Source of the DNA: the human T2T-CHM13v2.0 reference genome, Homo sapiens
Length of the DNA stretch: 64,000 nucleotides
NCBI RefSeq assembly: GCF_009914755.1
Contig: NC_060947.1
Reading direction: 5' to 3' (one strand)
Each line of letters starts with the position of its first letter. Position 1 is the first letter of the stretch. Shown in pieces: positions 36,500 through 51,700 of this stretch. Both the position numbers and the translations under genes were made by a program. The notes under the pieces are model-generated. The model saw nothing but the letters and a program-made list of their open reading frames with translations. It was not told the origin of the DNA and made no database searches.

Positions 36500-39400
36500 G
36501 CACATTGTAGAAAAAGTGTGTCAAAGCTGCGCTATCAAAGGGAAAGTTCAACTGTGTGAGGTGAATGCAAACATCCCAAAGAAGTTTCTGAGAATGCTTC
36601 CGTTTAGCTTTTAGGTGAAGATTATCCCGTTTCCAACGAAACCTTCAAAGAGGTCCAAATATCCCCTTGCGGATCCCACAGAAAGAGTGTTTCGAAACTG
36701 CTGTTTCAAAAGGAATCTTCAACTCTGTGAGTTGAATGCAATCATCCCAAAGAAGTTTCTGACAATGCTTCTCTCTCGTCTTTCTGTGAAGATAAAGGAA
36801 AAGGCTTTCAGGCCTTTTCCACCACAGGCCTGAAAGCGCTCCAAATGTCCACTTGCAGATTCTGCCAAAAGAATATTTCAAAACTGCTCTATGAAAAGCA
36901 ATGTTAAACTCTGTGGCTCGAACACAAACATCACAAAGCGGTTTCTGAGAATGCTTCAGTTTAGTTTTTCTGTGGAAATATTCCCGTTTCCAAAGAAATC
37001 TTCAAAGAGGTCCACGTATCCACTTACAGATTCTACAAAAAGACAGTTTCAAAACTGCTCCATCAAAAGGAGGGTTCAACTGTGTGACTTGAATGCAATC
37101 ATCACTCAGAAGTTTCTGAGAATGCTTCTCTTTAGTTTTTACGTGTACATATACCCGTTTCGAACGAAGGCCAGCCAGTGGTCCAAATATCCACTTGCAG
37201 ATTCTACAGAAAGAGTGTTTCGAACCTGAACTCTCAAAGGCAGGTTCATCTCTGCGAGTTAAATGCATTCATCATGAAGAACTTTCTCAGAGTGTTTGTG
37301 TTTAGTTATGGGAAATTATTCCCGTTTCCAACGAAATCCTCAGAGAGCTCCAAATATCCACCTGCAGATTCTACCAAAAGTGTATTTGGAAACTGCTCCA
37401 TCAAAAGGCATGTTCAGCTCTGTGAGTGAAACTCCATCATCACAAAGAATATTCTGAGAATGCTTCCGTTTGCCTTTTATATGAAGTTCCTTCCTATACT
37501 ACCTTAGGCCTCAAAGCAGTCCAAATCTCCATTTGCAGATTCTACAAAAAGAGTGATTCCAATCTGCTCTATCAATAGGATTGTTCAACTCCATGAGTTG
37601 AATGCCATCCTCACAAAGTCGTTTCTGAGAATGCTTCTATCTAGTTTTTATGTGAAGATATTTCCTTTTCCACCACAGGCCTCAAAGCCCTCCAAACGTC
37701 CACTTGCAGATTCTCGAAAAAGAGTGTTTCATAGCTGCTCTTTCAAAAGGAAAGTTCAACTCTGGGAGTTGAATACAAACATCACAAAGTAGTTTCCGAG
37801 AATGCTTCTGTTTAGTTTTTATGTGAAGATGATGCCGTTTCCAGTGAAATCTTCAAAGAGGTCCACATATCCCCTTGCAGATTCCAAAGAAAGAGGGTTT
37901 CAAAACTGCTCCATCAGAAGGATTGTTCAACTCTGTGAGTTGAATGCAGTCATCGCAGAAAACTTTCTGAGAATGCTTCTGTCTAGGTTTGATGTGAAGA
38001 TATAGACGTTTCAAACGAAGGCTACAAAGTGGTCAAAATATACACTTGCAGATTCTACTACAAGGGTGTTGCAAACCTGAACTATCAAAGGAAGGTTCAA
38101 CTCTGTGAGTTGAATACAAACATCACAAAGAATGTTCTGAGTTTGCTTCCGTTCAGTTATGGGAAGTTGATCCCGTTTCCAACGAAATCCTCAGAGAGGT
38201 CCAAATATCCCCTTGCAGATTCTACAAAACGTGTGTTTGGAAACTGCTCCATCATAACGAATGTTCAGCTCCCTGAGTTAAACTCCATCGTCACAAAGAA
38301 TTTTCTGAGAGTGCTACCGTCTGGTTTTTATATGAAGCTCTTTCCTTCACTACCACAGGCCTCAAAGCGGTCCAAATCTCCACTTGCAGATTCTACAAAA
38401 AGAGTGTTTGCAAACTGCTCTATCAAAAGGAATGTTCAACTCTGGGAGTTGAATGCAATCATCACAGAGCAGTTTCTGAGAATGCTTCTATGTCGTTTTT
38501 AGGAGAAGATATTTCCTTTTCCAACACAGTCCTCCAAGCCCGCTAAATAGCCACTTGCACATTGTAGAAAAAGTGTGTCAAAGCTGCGCTATCAAAGGGA
38601 AAGTTCAACTGTGTGAGGTGAATGCAAACATCCCAAAGAAGTTTCTGAGAATGCTTCCGTTTAGCTTTTAGGTGAAGATTATCCCGTTTCCAACGAAACC
38701 TTCAAAGAGGTCCAAATATCCCCTTGCGGATCCCACAGAAAGAGTGTTTCGAAACTGCTGTTTCAAAAGGAATCTTCAACTCTGTGAGTTGAATGCAATC
38801 ATCCCAAAGAAGTTTCTGACAATGCTTCTCTCTCGTCTTTCTGTGAAGATAAAGGAAAAGGCTTTCAGGCCTTTTCCACCACAGGCCTGAAAGCGCTCCA
38901 AATGTCCACTTGCAGATTCTGCCAAAAGAATATTTCAAAACTGCTCTATGAAAAGCAATGTTAAACTCTGTGGCTCGAACACAAACATCACAAAGCAGTT
39001 TCTGAGAATGCTTCAGTTTAGTTTTTCTGTGGAAATATTCCCGTTTCCAAAGAAATCTTCAAAGAGGTCCACGTATCCACTTACAGATTCTACAAAAAGA
39101 CAGTTTCAAAACTGCTCCATCAAAAGGAGGGTTCAACTGTGTGACTTGAATGCAATCATCACTCAGAAGTTTCTGAGAATGCTTCTCTTTAGTTTTTACG
39201 TGAACATATACCCGTTTCGAACGAAGGCCAGCCAGTGGTCCAAATATCCACTTGCAGATTCTACAGAAAGAGTGTTTCGAACCTGAACTCTCAAAGGCAG
39301 GTTCATCTCTGCGAGTTAAATGCATTCATCATGAAGAACTTTCTCAGAGTGTTTGTGTTTAGTTATGGGAAATTATTCCCGTTTCCAACGAAATCCTCAG

Positions 39401-42400
39401 AGAGGTCCAAATATCCACCTGCAGATTCTACCAAAAGTGTATTTGGAAACTGCTCCATCAAAAGGCATGTTCAGCTCTGTGAGTGAAACTCCATCATCAC
39501 AAAGAATATTCTGAGAATGCTTCCGTTTGCCTTTTATATGAAGTTCCTTCCTATACGACCGTAGGCCTCAAAGCAGTCCAAATCTCCATTTGCAGATTCT
39601 ACAAAAAGAGTGATTCCAATCTGCTCTATCAATAGGATTGTTCAACTCCATGAGTTGAATGCCATCCTCACAAAGTCGTTTCTGAGAATGCTTCTATCTA
39701 GTTTTTATGTGAAGATATTTCCTTTTCCACCACAGGCCTCAAAGCCCTCCAAACGTCCACTTGCAGATTCTCGAAAAAGAGTGTTTCATAGCTGCTCTTT
39801 CAAAAGGAAAGTTCAACTCTGGGAGTTGAATACAAACATCACAAAGTAGTTTCCGAGAATGCTTCTGTTTAGTTTTTATGTGAAGATGATCCCGTTTCCA
39901 GTGAAATCTTCAAAGAGGTCCACATATCCCCTTGCAGATTCCAAAGAAAGAGGGTTTCAAAACTGCTCCATCAGAAGGATTGTTCAACTCTGTGAGTTGA
40001 ATGCAGTCATCGCAGAAAACTTTCTGAGAATGCTTCTGTCTAGGTTTGATGTGAAGATATAGACGTTTCAAACGAAGGCTACAAAGTGGTCAAAATATAC
40101 ACTTGCAGATTCTACTACAAGGGTGTTGCAAACCTGAACTATCAAAGGAAGGTTCAACTCTGTGAGTTGAATACAAACATCACAAAAAATGTTCTGAGTT
40201 TGCTTCCGTTCAGTTATGGGAAGTTGATCCCGTTTCCAACGAAATCCTCAGAGAGGTCCAAATATCCCCTTGCAGATTCTACAAAACGTGTGTTTGGAAA
40301 CTGCTCCATCATAACGAATGTTCAGCTCCCTGAGTTAAACTCCATCGTCACAAAGAATTTTCTGAGAGTGCTACCGTCTGGTTTTTATATGAAGCTCTTT
40401 CCTTCACTACCACAGGCCTCAAAGCGGTCCAAATCTCCACTTGCAGATTCTACAAAAAGAGTGTTTGCAAACTGCTCTATCAAAAGGAATGTTCAACTCT
40501 GGGAGTTGAATGCAATCATCACAGAGCAGTTTCTGAGAATGCTTCTATGTCGTTTTTAGGAGAAGATATTTCCTTTTCCAACACAGTCCTCCAAGCCCGC
40601 TAAATAGCCACTTGCACATTTTAGAAAACGTGTGTCAAAGCTGCGCTATCAAAGGGAAAGTTCAACTCTGTGAGGTGAATGCAAACATCCCAAAGAAGTT
40701 TCTGAGAATGCTTCCGTTTAGCTTTTAGGTGAAGATTATCCCGTTTCCAACGAAACCTTCAAAGAGGTCCAAATATCCCCTTGCGGATCCCACAGAAAGA
40801 GTGTTTCGAAACTGCTGTTTCAAAAGGAATCTTCAACTCTGTGAGTTGAATGCAATCATCACAAAGAAGTTTCTGACAATGCTTCTCTCTCGTCTTTCTG
40901 TGAAGATAAAGGAAAAGGCTTTCAGGCCTTTTCCACCACAGGCCTGAAAGCGCTCCAAATGTCCACTTGCAGATTCTGCCAAAAGAATATTTCAAAACTG
41001 CTCTATGAAAAGCAATGTTAAACTCTGTGGCTCGAACACAAACATCACAAAGCGGTTTCTGAGAATGCTTCAGTTTAGTTTTTCTGTGGAAATATTCCCG
41101 TTTCCAAAGAAATCTTCAAAGAGGTCCACGTATCCACTTACAGATTCTACAAAAAGACAGTTTCAAAACTGCTCCATCAAAAGGAGGGTTCAACTGTGTG
41201 ACTTGAATGCAATCATCACTCAGAAGTTTCTGAGAATGCTTCTCTTTAGTTTTTACGTGAACATATACCCGTTTCGAACGAAGGCCAGCCAGTGGTCCAA
41301 ATATCCACTTGCAGATTCTACAGAAAGAGTGTTTCGAACCTGAACTCTCAAAGGCAGGTTCATCTCTGCGAGTTAAATGCATTCATCATGAAGAACTTTC
41401 TCAGAGTGTTTGTGTTTAGTTATGGGAAATTATTCCCGTTTCCAACGAAATCCTCAGAGAGCTCCAAATATCCACCTGCAGATTCTACCAAAAGTGTATT
41501 TGGAAACTGCTCCATCAAAAGGCATGTTCAGCTCTGTGAGTGAAACTCCATCATCACAAAGAATATTCTGAGAATGCTTCCGTTTGCCTTTTATATGAAG
41601 TTCCTTCCTATACGACCGTAGGCCTCAAAGCAGTCCAAATCTCCATTTGCAGATTCTACAAAAAGAGTGATTCCAATCTGCTCTATCAATAGGATTGTTC
41701 AACTCCATGAGTTGAATGCCATCCTCACAAAGTAGTTTCTGAGAATGCTTCTATCTAGTTTTTATGTGAAGATATTTCCTTTTCCACCACAGGCCTCAAA
41801 GCCCTCCAAACGTCCACTTGCAGATTCTCGAAAAAGAGTGTTTCATAGCTGCTCTTTCAAAAGGAAAGTTCAACTCTGGGAGTTGAATACAAACATCACA
41901 AAGTAGTTTCCGAGAATGCTTCTGTTTAGTTTTTATGTGAAGATGATCCCGTTTCCAGTGAAATCTTCAAAGAGGTCCACATATCCCCTTGCAGATTCCA
42001 AAGAAAGAGGGTTTCAAAACTGCTCCATCAGAAGGATTGTTCAACTCTGTGAGTTGAATGCAGTCATCGCAGAAAACTTTCTGAGAATGCTTCTGTCTAG
42101 GTTTGATGTGAAGATATAGACGTTTCAAACGAAGGCTACAAAGTGGTCAAAATATACACTTGCAGATTCTACTACAAGGGTGTTGCAAACCTGAACTATC
42201 AAAGGAAGGTTCAACTCTGTGAGTTGAATACAAACATCACAAAGAATGTTCTGAGTTTGCTTCCGTTCAGTTATGGGAAGTTGATCCCGTTTCCAACGAA
42301 ATCCTCAGAGAGGTCCAAATATCCCCTTGCAGATTCTACAAAACGTGTGTTTGGAAACTGCTCCATCATAACGAATGTTCAGCTCCCTGAGTTAAACTCC

Positions 42401-45400
42401 ATCGTCACAAAGAATTTTCTGAGAGTGCTACCGTCTGGTTTTTATATGAAGTTCTTTCCTTCACTACCACAGGCCTCAAAGCGGTCCAAATCTCCACTTG
42501 CAGATTCTACAAAAAGAGTGTTTGCAAACTGCTCTATCAAAAGGAATGTTCAACTCTGGGAGTTGAATGCAATCATCACAGAGCAGTTTCTGAGAATGCT
42601 TCTATGTCGTTTTTAGGAGAAGATATTTCCTTTTCCAACACAGTCCTCCAAGCCCGCTAAATAGCCACTTGCACATTGTAGAAAAAGTGTGTCAAAGCTG
42701 CGCTATCAAAGGGAAAGTTCAACTGTGTGAGGTGAATGCAAACATCCCAAAGAAGTTTCTGAGAATGCTTCCGTTTAGCTTTTAGGTGAAGATTATCCCG
42801 TTTCCAACGAAACCTTCAAAGAGGTCCAAATATCCCCTTGCGGATCCCACAGAAAGAGTGTTTCGAAACTGCTGTTTCAAAAGGAATCTTCAACTCTGTG
42901 AGTTGAATGCAATCATCCCAAAGAAGTTTCTGACAATGCTTCTCTCTCGTCTTTCTGTGAAGATAAAGGAAAAGGCTTTCAGGCCTTTTCCACCACAGGC
43001 CTGAAAGCGCTCCAAATGTCCACTTGCAGATTCTGCCAAAAGAATATTTCAAAACTGCTCTATGAAAAGCAATGTTAAACTCTGTGGCTCGAACACAAAC
43101 ATCACAAAGCGGTTTCTGAGAATGCTTCAGTTTAGTTTTTCTGTGGAAATATTCCCGTTTCCAAAGAAATCTTCAAAGAGGTCCACGTATCCACTTACAG
43201 ATTCTACAAAAAGACAGTTTCAAAACTGCTCCATCAAAAGGAGGGTTCAACTGTGTGACTTGAATGCAATCATCACTCAGAAGTTTCTGAGAATGCTTCT
43301 CTTTAGTTTTTACGTGTACATATACCCGTTTCGAACGAAGGCCAGCCAGTGGTCCAAATATCCACTTGCAGATTCTACAGAAAGAGTGTTTCGAACCTGA
43401 ACTCTCAAAGGCAGGTTCATCTCTGCGAGTTAAATGCATTCATCATGAAGAACTTTCTCAGAGTGTTTGTGTTTAGTTATGGGAAATTATTCCCGTTTCC
43501 AACGAAATCCTCAGAGAGCTCCAAATATCCACCTGCAGATTCTACCAAAAGTGTATTTGGAAACTGCTCCATCAAAAGGCATGTTCAGCTCTGTGAGTGA
43601 AACTCCATCATCACAAAGAATATTCTGAGAATGCTTCCGTTTGCCTTTTATATGAAGTTCCTTCCTATACTACCTTAGGCCTCAAAGCAGTCCAAATCTC
43701 CATTTGCAGATTCTACAAAAAGAGTGATTCCAATCTGCTCTATCAATAGGATTGTTCAACTCCATGAGTTGAATGCCATCCTCACAAAGTCGTTTCTGAG
43801 AATGCTTCTATCTAGTTTTTATGTGAAGATATTTCCTTTTCCACCACAGGCCTCAAAGCCCTCCAAACGTCCACTTGCAGATTCTCGAAAAAGAGTGTTT
43901 CATAGCTGCTCTTTCAAAAGGAAAGTTCAACTCTGGGAGTTGAATACAAACATCACAAAGTAGTTTCCGAGAATGCTTCTGTTTAGTTTTTATGTGAAGA
44001 TGATCCCGTTTCCAGTGAAATCTTCAAAGAGGTCCACATATCCCCTTGCAGATTCCAAAGAAAGAGGGTTTCAAAACTGCTCCATCAGAAGGATTGTTCA
44101 ACTCTGTGAGTTGAATGCAGTCATCGCAGAAAACTTTCTGAGAATGCTTCTGTCTAGGTTTGATGTGAAGATATAGACGTTTCAAACGAAGGCTACAAAG
44201 TGGTCAAAATATACACTTGCAGATTCTACTACAAGGGTGTTGCAAACCTGAACTATCAAAGGAAGGTTCAACTCTGTGAGTTGAATACAAACATCACAAA
44301 GAATGTTCTGAGTTTGCTTCCGTTCAGTTATGGGAAGTTGATCCCGTTTCCAACGAAATCCTCAGAGAGGTCCAAATATCCCCTTGCAGATTCTACAAAA
44401 CGTGTGTTTGGAAACTGCTCCATCATAACGAATGTTCAGCTCCCTGAGTTAAACTCCATCGTCACAAAGAATTTTCTGAGAGTGCTACCGTCTGGTTTTT
44501 ATATGAAGCTCTTTCCTTCACTACCACAGGCCTCAAAGCGGTCCAAATCTCCACTTGCAGATTCTACAAAAAGAGTGTTTGCAAACTGCTCTATCAAAAG
44601 GAATGTTCAACTCTGGGAGTTGAATGCAATCATCACAGAGCAGTTTCTGAGAATGCTTCTATGTCGTTTTTAGGAGAAGATATTTCCTTTTCCAACACAG
44701 TCCTCCAAGCCCGCTAAATAGCCACTTGCACATTGTAGAAAAAGTGTGTCAAAGCTGCGCTATCAAAGGGAAAGTTCAACTGTGTGAGGTGAATGCAAAC
44801 ATCCCAAAGAAGTTTCTGAGAATGCTTCCGTTTAGCTTTTAGGTGAAGATTATCCCGTTTCCAACGAAACCTTCAAAGAGGTCCAAATATCCCCTTGCGG
44901 ATCCCACAGAAAGAGTGTTTCGAAACTGCTGTTTCAAAAGGAATCTTCAACTCTGTGAGTTGAATGCAATCATCACAAAGAAGTTTCTGACAATGCTTCT
45001 CTCTCGTCTTTCTGTGAAGATAAAGGAAAAGGCTTTCAGGCCTTTTCCACCACAGGCCTGAAAGCGCTCCAAATGTCCACTTGCAGATTCTGCCAAAAGA
45101 ATATTTCAAAACTGCTCTATGAAAAGCAATGTTAAACTCTGTGGCTCGAACACAAACATCACAAAGCAGTTTCTGAGAATGCTTCAGTTTAGTTTTTCTG
45201 TGGAAATATTCCCGTTTCCAAAGAAATCTTCAAAGAGGTCCACGTATCCACTTACAGATTCTACAAAAAGACAGTTTCAAAACTGCTCCATCAAAAGGAG
45301 GGTTCAACTGTGTGACTTGAATGCAATCATCACTCAGAAGTTTCTGAGAATGCTTCTCTTTAGTTTTTACGTGAACATATACCCGTTTCGAACGAAGGCC

Positions 45401-47950
45401 AGCCAGTGGTCCAAATATCCACTTGCAGATTCTACAGAAAGAGTGTTTCGAACCTGAACTCTCAAAGGCAGGTTCATCTCTGCGAGTTAAATGCATTCAT
45501 CATGAAGAACTTTCTCAGAGTGTTTGTGTTTAGTTATGGGAAATTATTCCCGTTTCCAACGAAATCCTCAGAGAGGTCCAAATATCCACCTGCAGATTCT
45601 ACCAAAAGTGTATTTGGAAACTGCTCCATCAAAAGGCATGTTCAGCTCTGTGAGTGAAACTCCATCATCACAAAGAATATTCTGAGAATGCTTCCGTTTG
45701 CCTTTTATATGAAGTTCCTTCCTATACGACCGTAGGCCTCAAAGCAGTCCAAATCTCCATTTGCAGATTCTACAAAAAGAGTGATTCCAATCTGCTCTAT
45801 CAATAGGATTGTTCAACTCCATGAGTTGAATGCCATCCTCACAAAGTCGTTTCTGAGAATGCTTCTATCTAGTTTTTATGTGAAGATATTTCCTTTTCCA
45901 CCACAGGCCTCAAAGCCCTCCAAACGTCCACTTGCAGATTCTCGAAAAAGAGTGTTTCATAGCTGCTCTTTCAAAAGGAAAGTTCAACTCTGGGAGTTGA
46001 ATACAAACATCACAAAGTAGTTTCCGAGAATGCTTCTGTTTAGTTTTTATGTGAAGATGATCCCGTTTCCAGTGAAATCTTCAAAGAGGTCCACATATCC
46101 CCTTGCAGATTCCAAAGAAAGAGGGTTTCAAAACTGCTCCATCAGAAGGATTGTTCAACTCTGTGAGTTGAATGCAGTCATCGCAGAAAACTTTCTGAGA
46201 ATGCTTCTGTCTAGGTTTGATGTGAAGATATAGACGTTTCAAACGAAGGCTACAAAGTGGTCAAAATATACACTTGCAGATTCTACTACAAGGGTGTTGC
46301 AAACCTGAACTATCAAAGGAAGGTTCAACTCTGTGAGTTGAATACAAACATCACAAAAAATGTTCTGAGTTTGCTTCCGTTCAGTTATGGGAAGTTGATC
46401 CCGTTTCCAACGAAATCCTCAGAGAGGTCCAAATATCCCCTTGCAGATTCTACAAAACGTGTGTTTGGAAACTGCTCCATCATAACGAATGTTCAGCTCC
46501 CTGAGTTAAACTCCATCGTCACAAAGAATTTTCTGAGAGTGCTACCGTCTGGTTTTTATATGAAGCTCTTTCCTTCACTACCACAGGCCTCAAAGCGGTC
46601 CAAATCTCCACTTGCAGATTCTACAAAAAGAGTGTTTGCAAACTGCTCTATCAAAAGGAATGTTCAACTCTGGGAGTTGAATGCAATCATCACAGAGCAG
46701 TTTCTGAGAATGCTTCTATGTCGTTTTTAGGAGAAGATATTTCCTTTTCCAACACAGTCCTCCAAGCCCGCTAAATAGCCACTTGCACATTGTAGAAAAC
46801 GTGTGTCAAAGCTGCGCTATCAAAGGGAAAGTTCAACTCTGTGAGGTGAATGCAAACATCCCAAAGAAGTTTCTGAGAATGCTTCCGTTTAGCTTTTAGG
46901 TGAAGATTATCCCGTTTCCAACGAAACCTTCAAAGAGGTCCAAATATCCCCTTGCGGATCCCACAGAAAGAGTGTTTCGAAACTGCTGTTTCAAAAGGAA
47001 TCTTCAACTCTGTGAGTTGAATGCAATCATCACAAAGAAGTTTCTGACAATGCTTCTCTCTCGTCTTTCTGTGAAGATAAAGGAAAAGGCTTTCAGGCCT
47101 TTTCCACCACAGGCCTGAAAGCGCTCCAAATGTCCACTTGCAGATTCTGCCAAAAGAATATTTCAAAACTGCTCTATGAAAAGCAATGTTAAACTCTGTG
47201 GCTCGAACACAAACATCACAAAGCGGTTTCTGAGAATGCTTCAGTTTAGTTTTTCTGTGGAAATATTCCCGTTTCCAAAGAAATCTTCAAAGAGGTCCAC
47301 GTATCCACTTACAGATTCTACAAAAAGACAGTTTCAAAACTGCTCCATCAAAAGGAGGGTTCAACTGTGTGACTTGAATGCAATCATCACTCACAAGTTT
47401 CTGAGAATGCTTCTCTTTAGTTTTTACGTGAACATATACCCGTTTCGAACGAAGGCCAGCCAGTGGTCCAAATATCCACTTGCAGATTCTACAGAAAGAG
47501 TGTTTCGAACCTGAACTCTCGAAGGCAGGTTCATCTCTGCGAGTTAAATGCATTCATCATGAAGAACTTTCTCAGAGTGTTTGTGTTTAGTTATGGGAAA
47601 TTATTCCCGTTTCCAACGAAATCCTCAGAGAGCTCCAAATATCCACCTGCAGATTCTACCAAAAGTGTATTTGGAAACTGCTCCATCAAAAGGCATGTTC
47701 AGCTCTGTGAGTGAAACTCCATCATCACAAAGAATATTCTGAGAATGCTTCCGTTTGCCTTTTATATGAACTTCCTTCCTATACTACCGTAGGCCTCAAA
47801 GCAGTCCAAATCTCCATTTGCAGATTCTACAAAAAGAGTGATTCCAATCTGCTCTATCAATAGGATTGTTCAACTCCATGAGTTGAATGCCATCCTCACA
47901 AAGTAGTTTCTGAGAATGCTTCTATCTAGTTTTTATGTGAAGATATTTCC
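36500..47950 (-). repeat. Second-order duplication with 6,171-bp (three-HOR) period, imperfect
   Basis: Shared at +6171: TGTACA 37144/43315, tactaccttagg 37497/43668, gaggtc 39402/45573, acaaaaaatg 40182/46353, gaaaacgt 40624/46795, aagtag 41730/47901. Several mismatches are also present. Confidence 0.7.
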
Positions 47951-48779
47951 TTTTCCACCACAGGCCTCAAAGCCCTCCAAACGTCCACTTGCAGATTCTC
48001 GAAAAAGAGTGTTTCATAGCTGCTCTTTCAAAAGGAAAGTTCAACTCTGGGAGTTGAATACAAACATCACAAAGTAGTTTCCGAGAATGCTTCTGTTTAG
48101 TTTTTATGTGAAGATGATCCCGTTTCCAGTGAAATCTTCAAAGAGGTCCACATATCCCCTTGCAGATTCCAAAGAAAGAGGGTTTCAAAACTGCTCCATC
48201 AGAAGGATTGTTCAACTCTGTGAGTTGAATGCAGTCATCGCAGAAAACTTTCTGAGAATGCTTCTGTCTAGGTTTGATGTGAAGATATAGACGTTTCAAA
48301 CGAAGGCTACAAAGTGGTCAAAATATACACTTGCAGATTCTACTACAAGGGTGTTGCAAACCTGAACTATCAAAGGAAGGTTCAACTCTGTGAGTTGAAT
48401 ACAAACATCACAAAGAATGTTCTGAGTTTGCTTCCGTTCAGTTATGGGAAGTTGATCCCGTTTCCAACGAAATCCTCAGAGAGGTCCAAATATCCCCTTG
48501 CAGATTCTACAAAACGTGTGTTTGGAAACTGCTCCATCATAACGAATGTTCAGCTCCCTGAGTTAAACTCCATCGTCACAAAGAATTTTCTGAGAGTGCT
48601 ACCGTCTGGTTTTTATATGAAGCTCTTTCCTTCACTACCACAGGCCTCAAAGCGGTCCAAATCTCCACTTGCAGATTCTACAAAAAGAGTGTTTGCAAAC
48701 TGCTCTATCAAAAGGAATGTTCAACTCTGGGAGTTGAATGCAATCATCACAGAGCAGTTTCTGAGAATGCTTCTTTGTC

Positions 48780-51700
48780 GTTTTTAGGAGAAGATATTTC
48801 CTTTTCCAACACAGTCCTCCAAGCCCGCTAAATAGCCACTTGCACATTGTAGAAAAAGTGTGTCAAAGCTGCGCTATCAAAGGGAAAGTTCAACTCTGTG
48901 AGGTGAATGCAAACATCCCAAAGAAGTTTCTGAGAATGCTTCCGTTTAGCTTTTAGGTGAAGATTATCCCGTTTCCAACGAAACCTTCAAAGAGGTCCAA
49001 ATATCCCCTTGCGGATCCCACAGAAAGAGTGTTTCGAAACTGCTGTTTCAAAAGGAATCTTCAACTCTGTGAGTTGAATGCAATCATCACAAAGAAGTTT
49101 CTGACAATGCTTCTCTCTCGTCTTTCTGTGAAGATAAAGGAAAAGGCTTTCAGGCCTTTTCCACCACAGGCCTGAAAGCGCTCCAAATGTCCACTTGCAG
49201 ATTCTGCCAAAAGAATATTTCAAAACTGCTCTATGAAAAGCAATGTTAAACTCTGTGGCTCGAACACAAACATCACAAAGCGGTTTCTGAGAATGCTTCA
49301 GTTTAGTTTTTCTGTGGAAATATTCCCGTTTCCAAAGAAATCTTCAAAGAGGTCCACGTATCCACTTACAGATTCTACAAAAAGACAGTTTCAAAACTGC
49401 TCCATCAAAAGGAGGGTTCTACTGTGTGACTTGAATGCAATCATCACTCACAAGTTTCTGAGAATGCTTCTCTTTAGTTTTTACGTGAACATATACCCGT
49501 TTCGAACGAAGGCCAGCCAGTGGTCCAAATATCCACTTGCAGATTCTACAGAAAGAGTGTTTCGAACCTGAACTCTCAAAGGCAGGTTCATCTCTGCGAG
49601 TTAAATGCATTCATCATGAAGAACTTTCTCAGAGTGTTTGTGTTTAGTTATGGGAAATTATTCCCGTTTCCAACGAAATCCTCAGAGAGGTCCAAATATC
49701 CACCTGCAGATTCTACCAAAAGTGTATTTGGAAACTGCTCCATCAAAAGGCATGTTCAGCTCTGTGAGTGAAACTCCATCATCACAAAGAATATTCTGAG
49801 AATGCTTCCATTTGCCTTTTATATGAAGTTCCTTCCTATACGACCGTAGGCCTCAAAGCAGTCCAAATCTCCATTTGCAGATTCTACAAAAAGAGTGATT
49901 CCAATCTGCTCTATCAATAGGATTGTTCAACTCCATGAGTTGAATGCCATCCTCACAAAGTCGTTTCTGAGAATGCTTCTATCTAGTTTTTATGTGAAGA
50001 TATTTCCTTTTCCACCACAGGCCTCAAATCCCTCCAAACGTCCACTTGCAGATTCTCGAAAAAGAGTGTTTCATAGCTGCTCTTTCAAAAGGAAAGTTCA
50101 ACTCTGGGAGTTGAATACAAACATCACAAAGTAGTTTCCGAGAATGCTTCTGTTTAGTTTTTATGTGAAGATGATCCCGTTTCCAGTGAAATCTTCAAAG
50201 AGGTCCACATATCCCCTTGCAGATTCCAAAGAAAGAGGGTTTCAAAACTGCTCCATCAGAAGGATTGTTCAACTCTGTGAGTTGAATGCAGTCATCGCAG
50301 AAAACTTTCTGAGAATGCTTCTGTCTAGGTTTGATGTGAAGATATAGACGTTTCAAACGAAGGCTACAAAGTGGTCAAAATATACACTTGCAGATTCTAC
50401 TACAAGGGTGTTGCAAACCTGAAATATCAAAGGAAGGTTCAACTCCGTCAGTTGAATACAAACATCACAAAGAATGTTCTGAGTTTGCTTCCGTTCAGTT
50501 ATGGGAAGTTGATCCCGTTTCCAACGAAATCCTCAGAGAGGTCCAAATATCCCCTTGCAGATTCTACAAAACGTGTGTTTGGAAACTGCTCCATCATAAC
50601 GAATGTTCAGCTCCCTGAGTTAAACTCCATCGTCACAAAGAATTTTCTGAGAGTGCTACCATCTGGTTTTTATATGAAGTTCTTTCCTTCACTACCACAG
50701 GCCTCAAAGCGGTCCAAATCTCCACTTGCAGATTCTACAAAAAGAGTGTTTGCAAACTGCTCTATCAAAAGGAATGTTCAACTCTGGGAGTTGAATGCAA
50801 TCATCACAGAGCAGTTTCTGAGAATGCTTCTATGTCGTTTTTAGGAGAAGATATTTCCTTTTCCAACACAGTCCTCCAAGCCCGCTAATTAGCCACTTGC
50901 ACATTGTAGAAAAAGTGTGTCAAAGCTACGCTATCAAAGGGAAAGTTCAACTCTGTGAGGTGAATGCAAACATCCCAAAGAAGTTTCTGAGAATGCTTCC
51001 GTTTAGCTTTTAGGTGAAGATTATCCCGTTTCCAACGAAACCTTCAAAGAGGTCCAAATATCCCCTTGCGGATCCCACAGAAAGAGTGTTTCGAAACTGC
51101 TGTTTCAAAAGGAATCTTCAACTCTGTGAGTTGAATGCAATCATCACAAAGAAGTTTCTGACAATGCTTCTCTCTCGTCTTTCTGTGAAGATAAAGGAAA
51201 AGGCTTTCAGGCCTTTTCCACCACAGGCCTGAAAGCGCTCCAAATGTCCACTTGCAGATTCTGCCAAAAGAATATTTCAAAACTGCTCTATGAAAAGCAA
51301 TGTTAAACTCTGTGGCTCGAACACAAACATCACAAAGCAGTTTCTGAGAATGCTTCAGTTTAGTTTTTCTGTGGAAATATTCCCGTTTCCAAAGAAATCT
51401 TCAAAGAGGTCCACGTATCCACTTACAGATTCTACAAAAAGACAGTTTCAAAACTGCTCCATCAAAAGGAGGGTTCAACTGTGTGACTTGAATGCAATCA
51501 TCACTCACAAGTTTCTGAGAATGCTTCTCTTTAGTTTTTACGTGAACATATACCCGTTTCGAACGAAGGCCACCCAGTGGTCCAAATATCCACTTGCAGA
51601 TTCTACAGAAAGAGTGTTTCGAACCTGAACTCTCAAAGGCAGGTTCATCTCTGCGAGTTAAATGCATTCATCATGAAGAACTTTCTCAGAGTGTCTGTGT

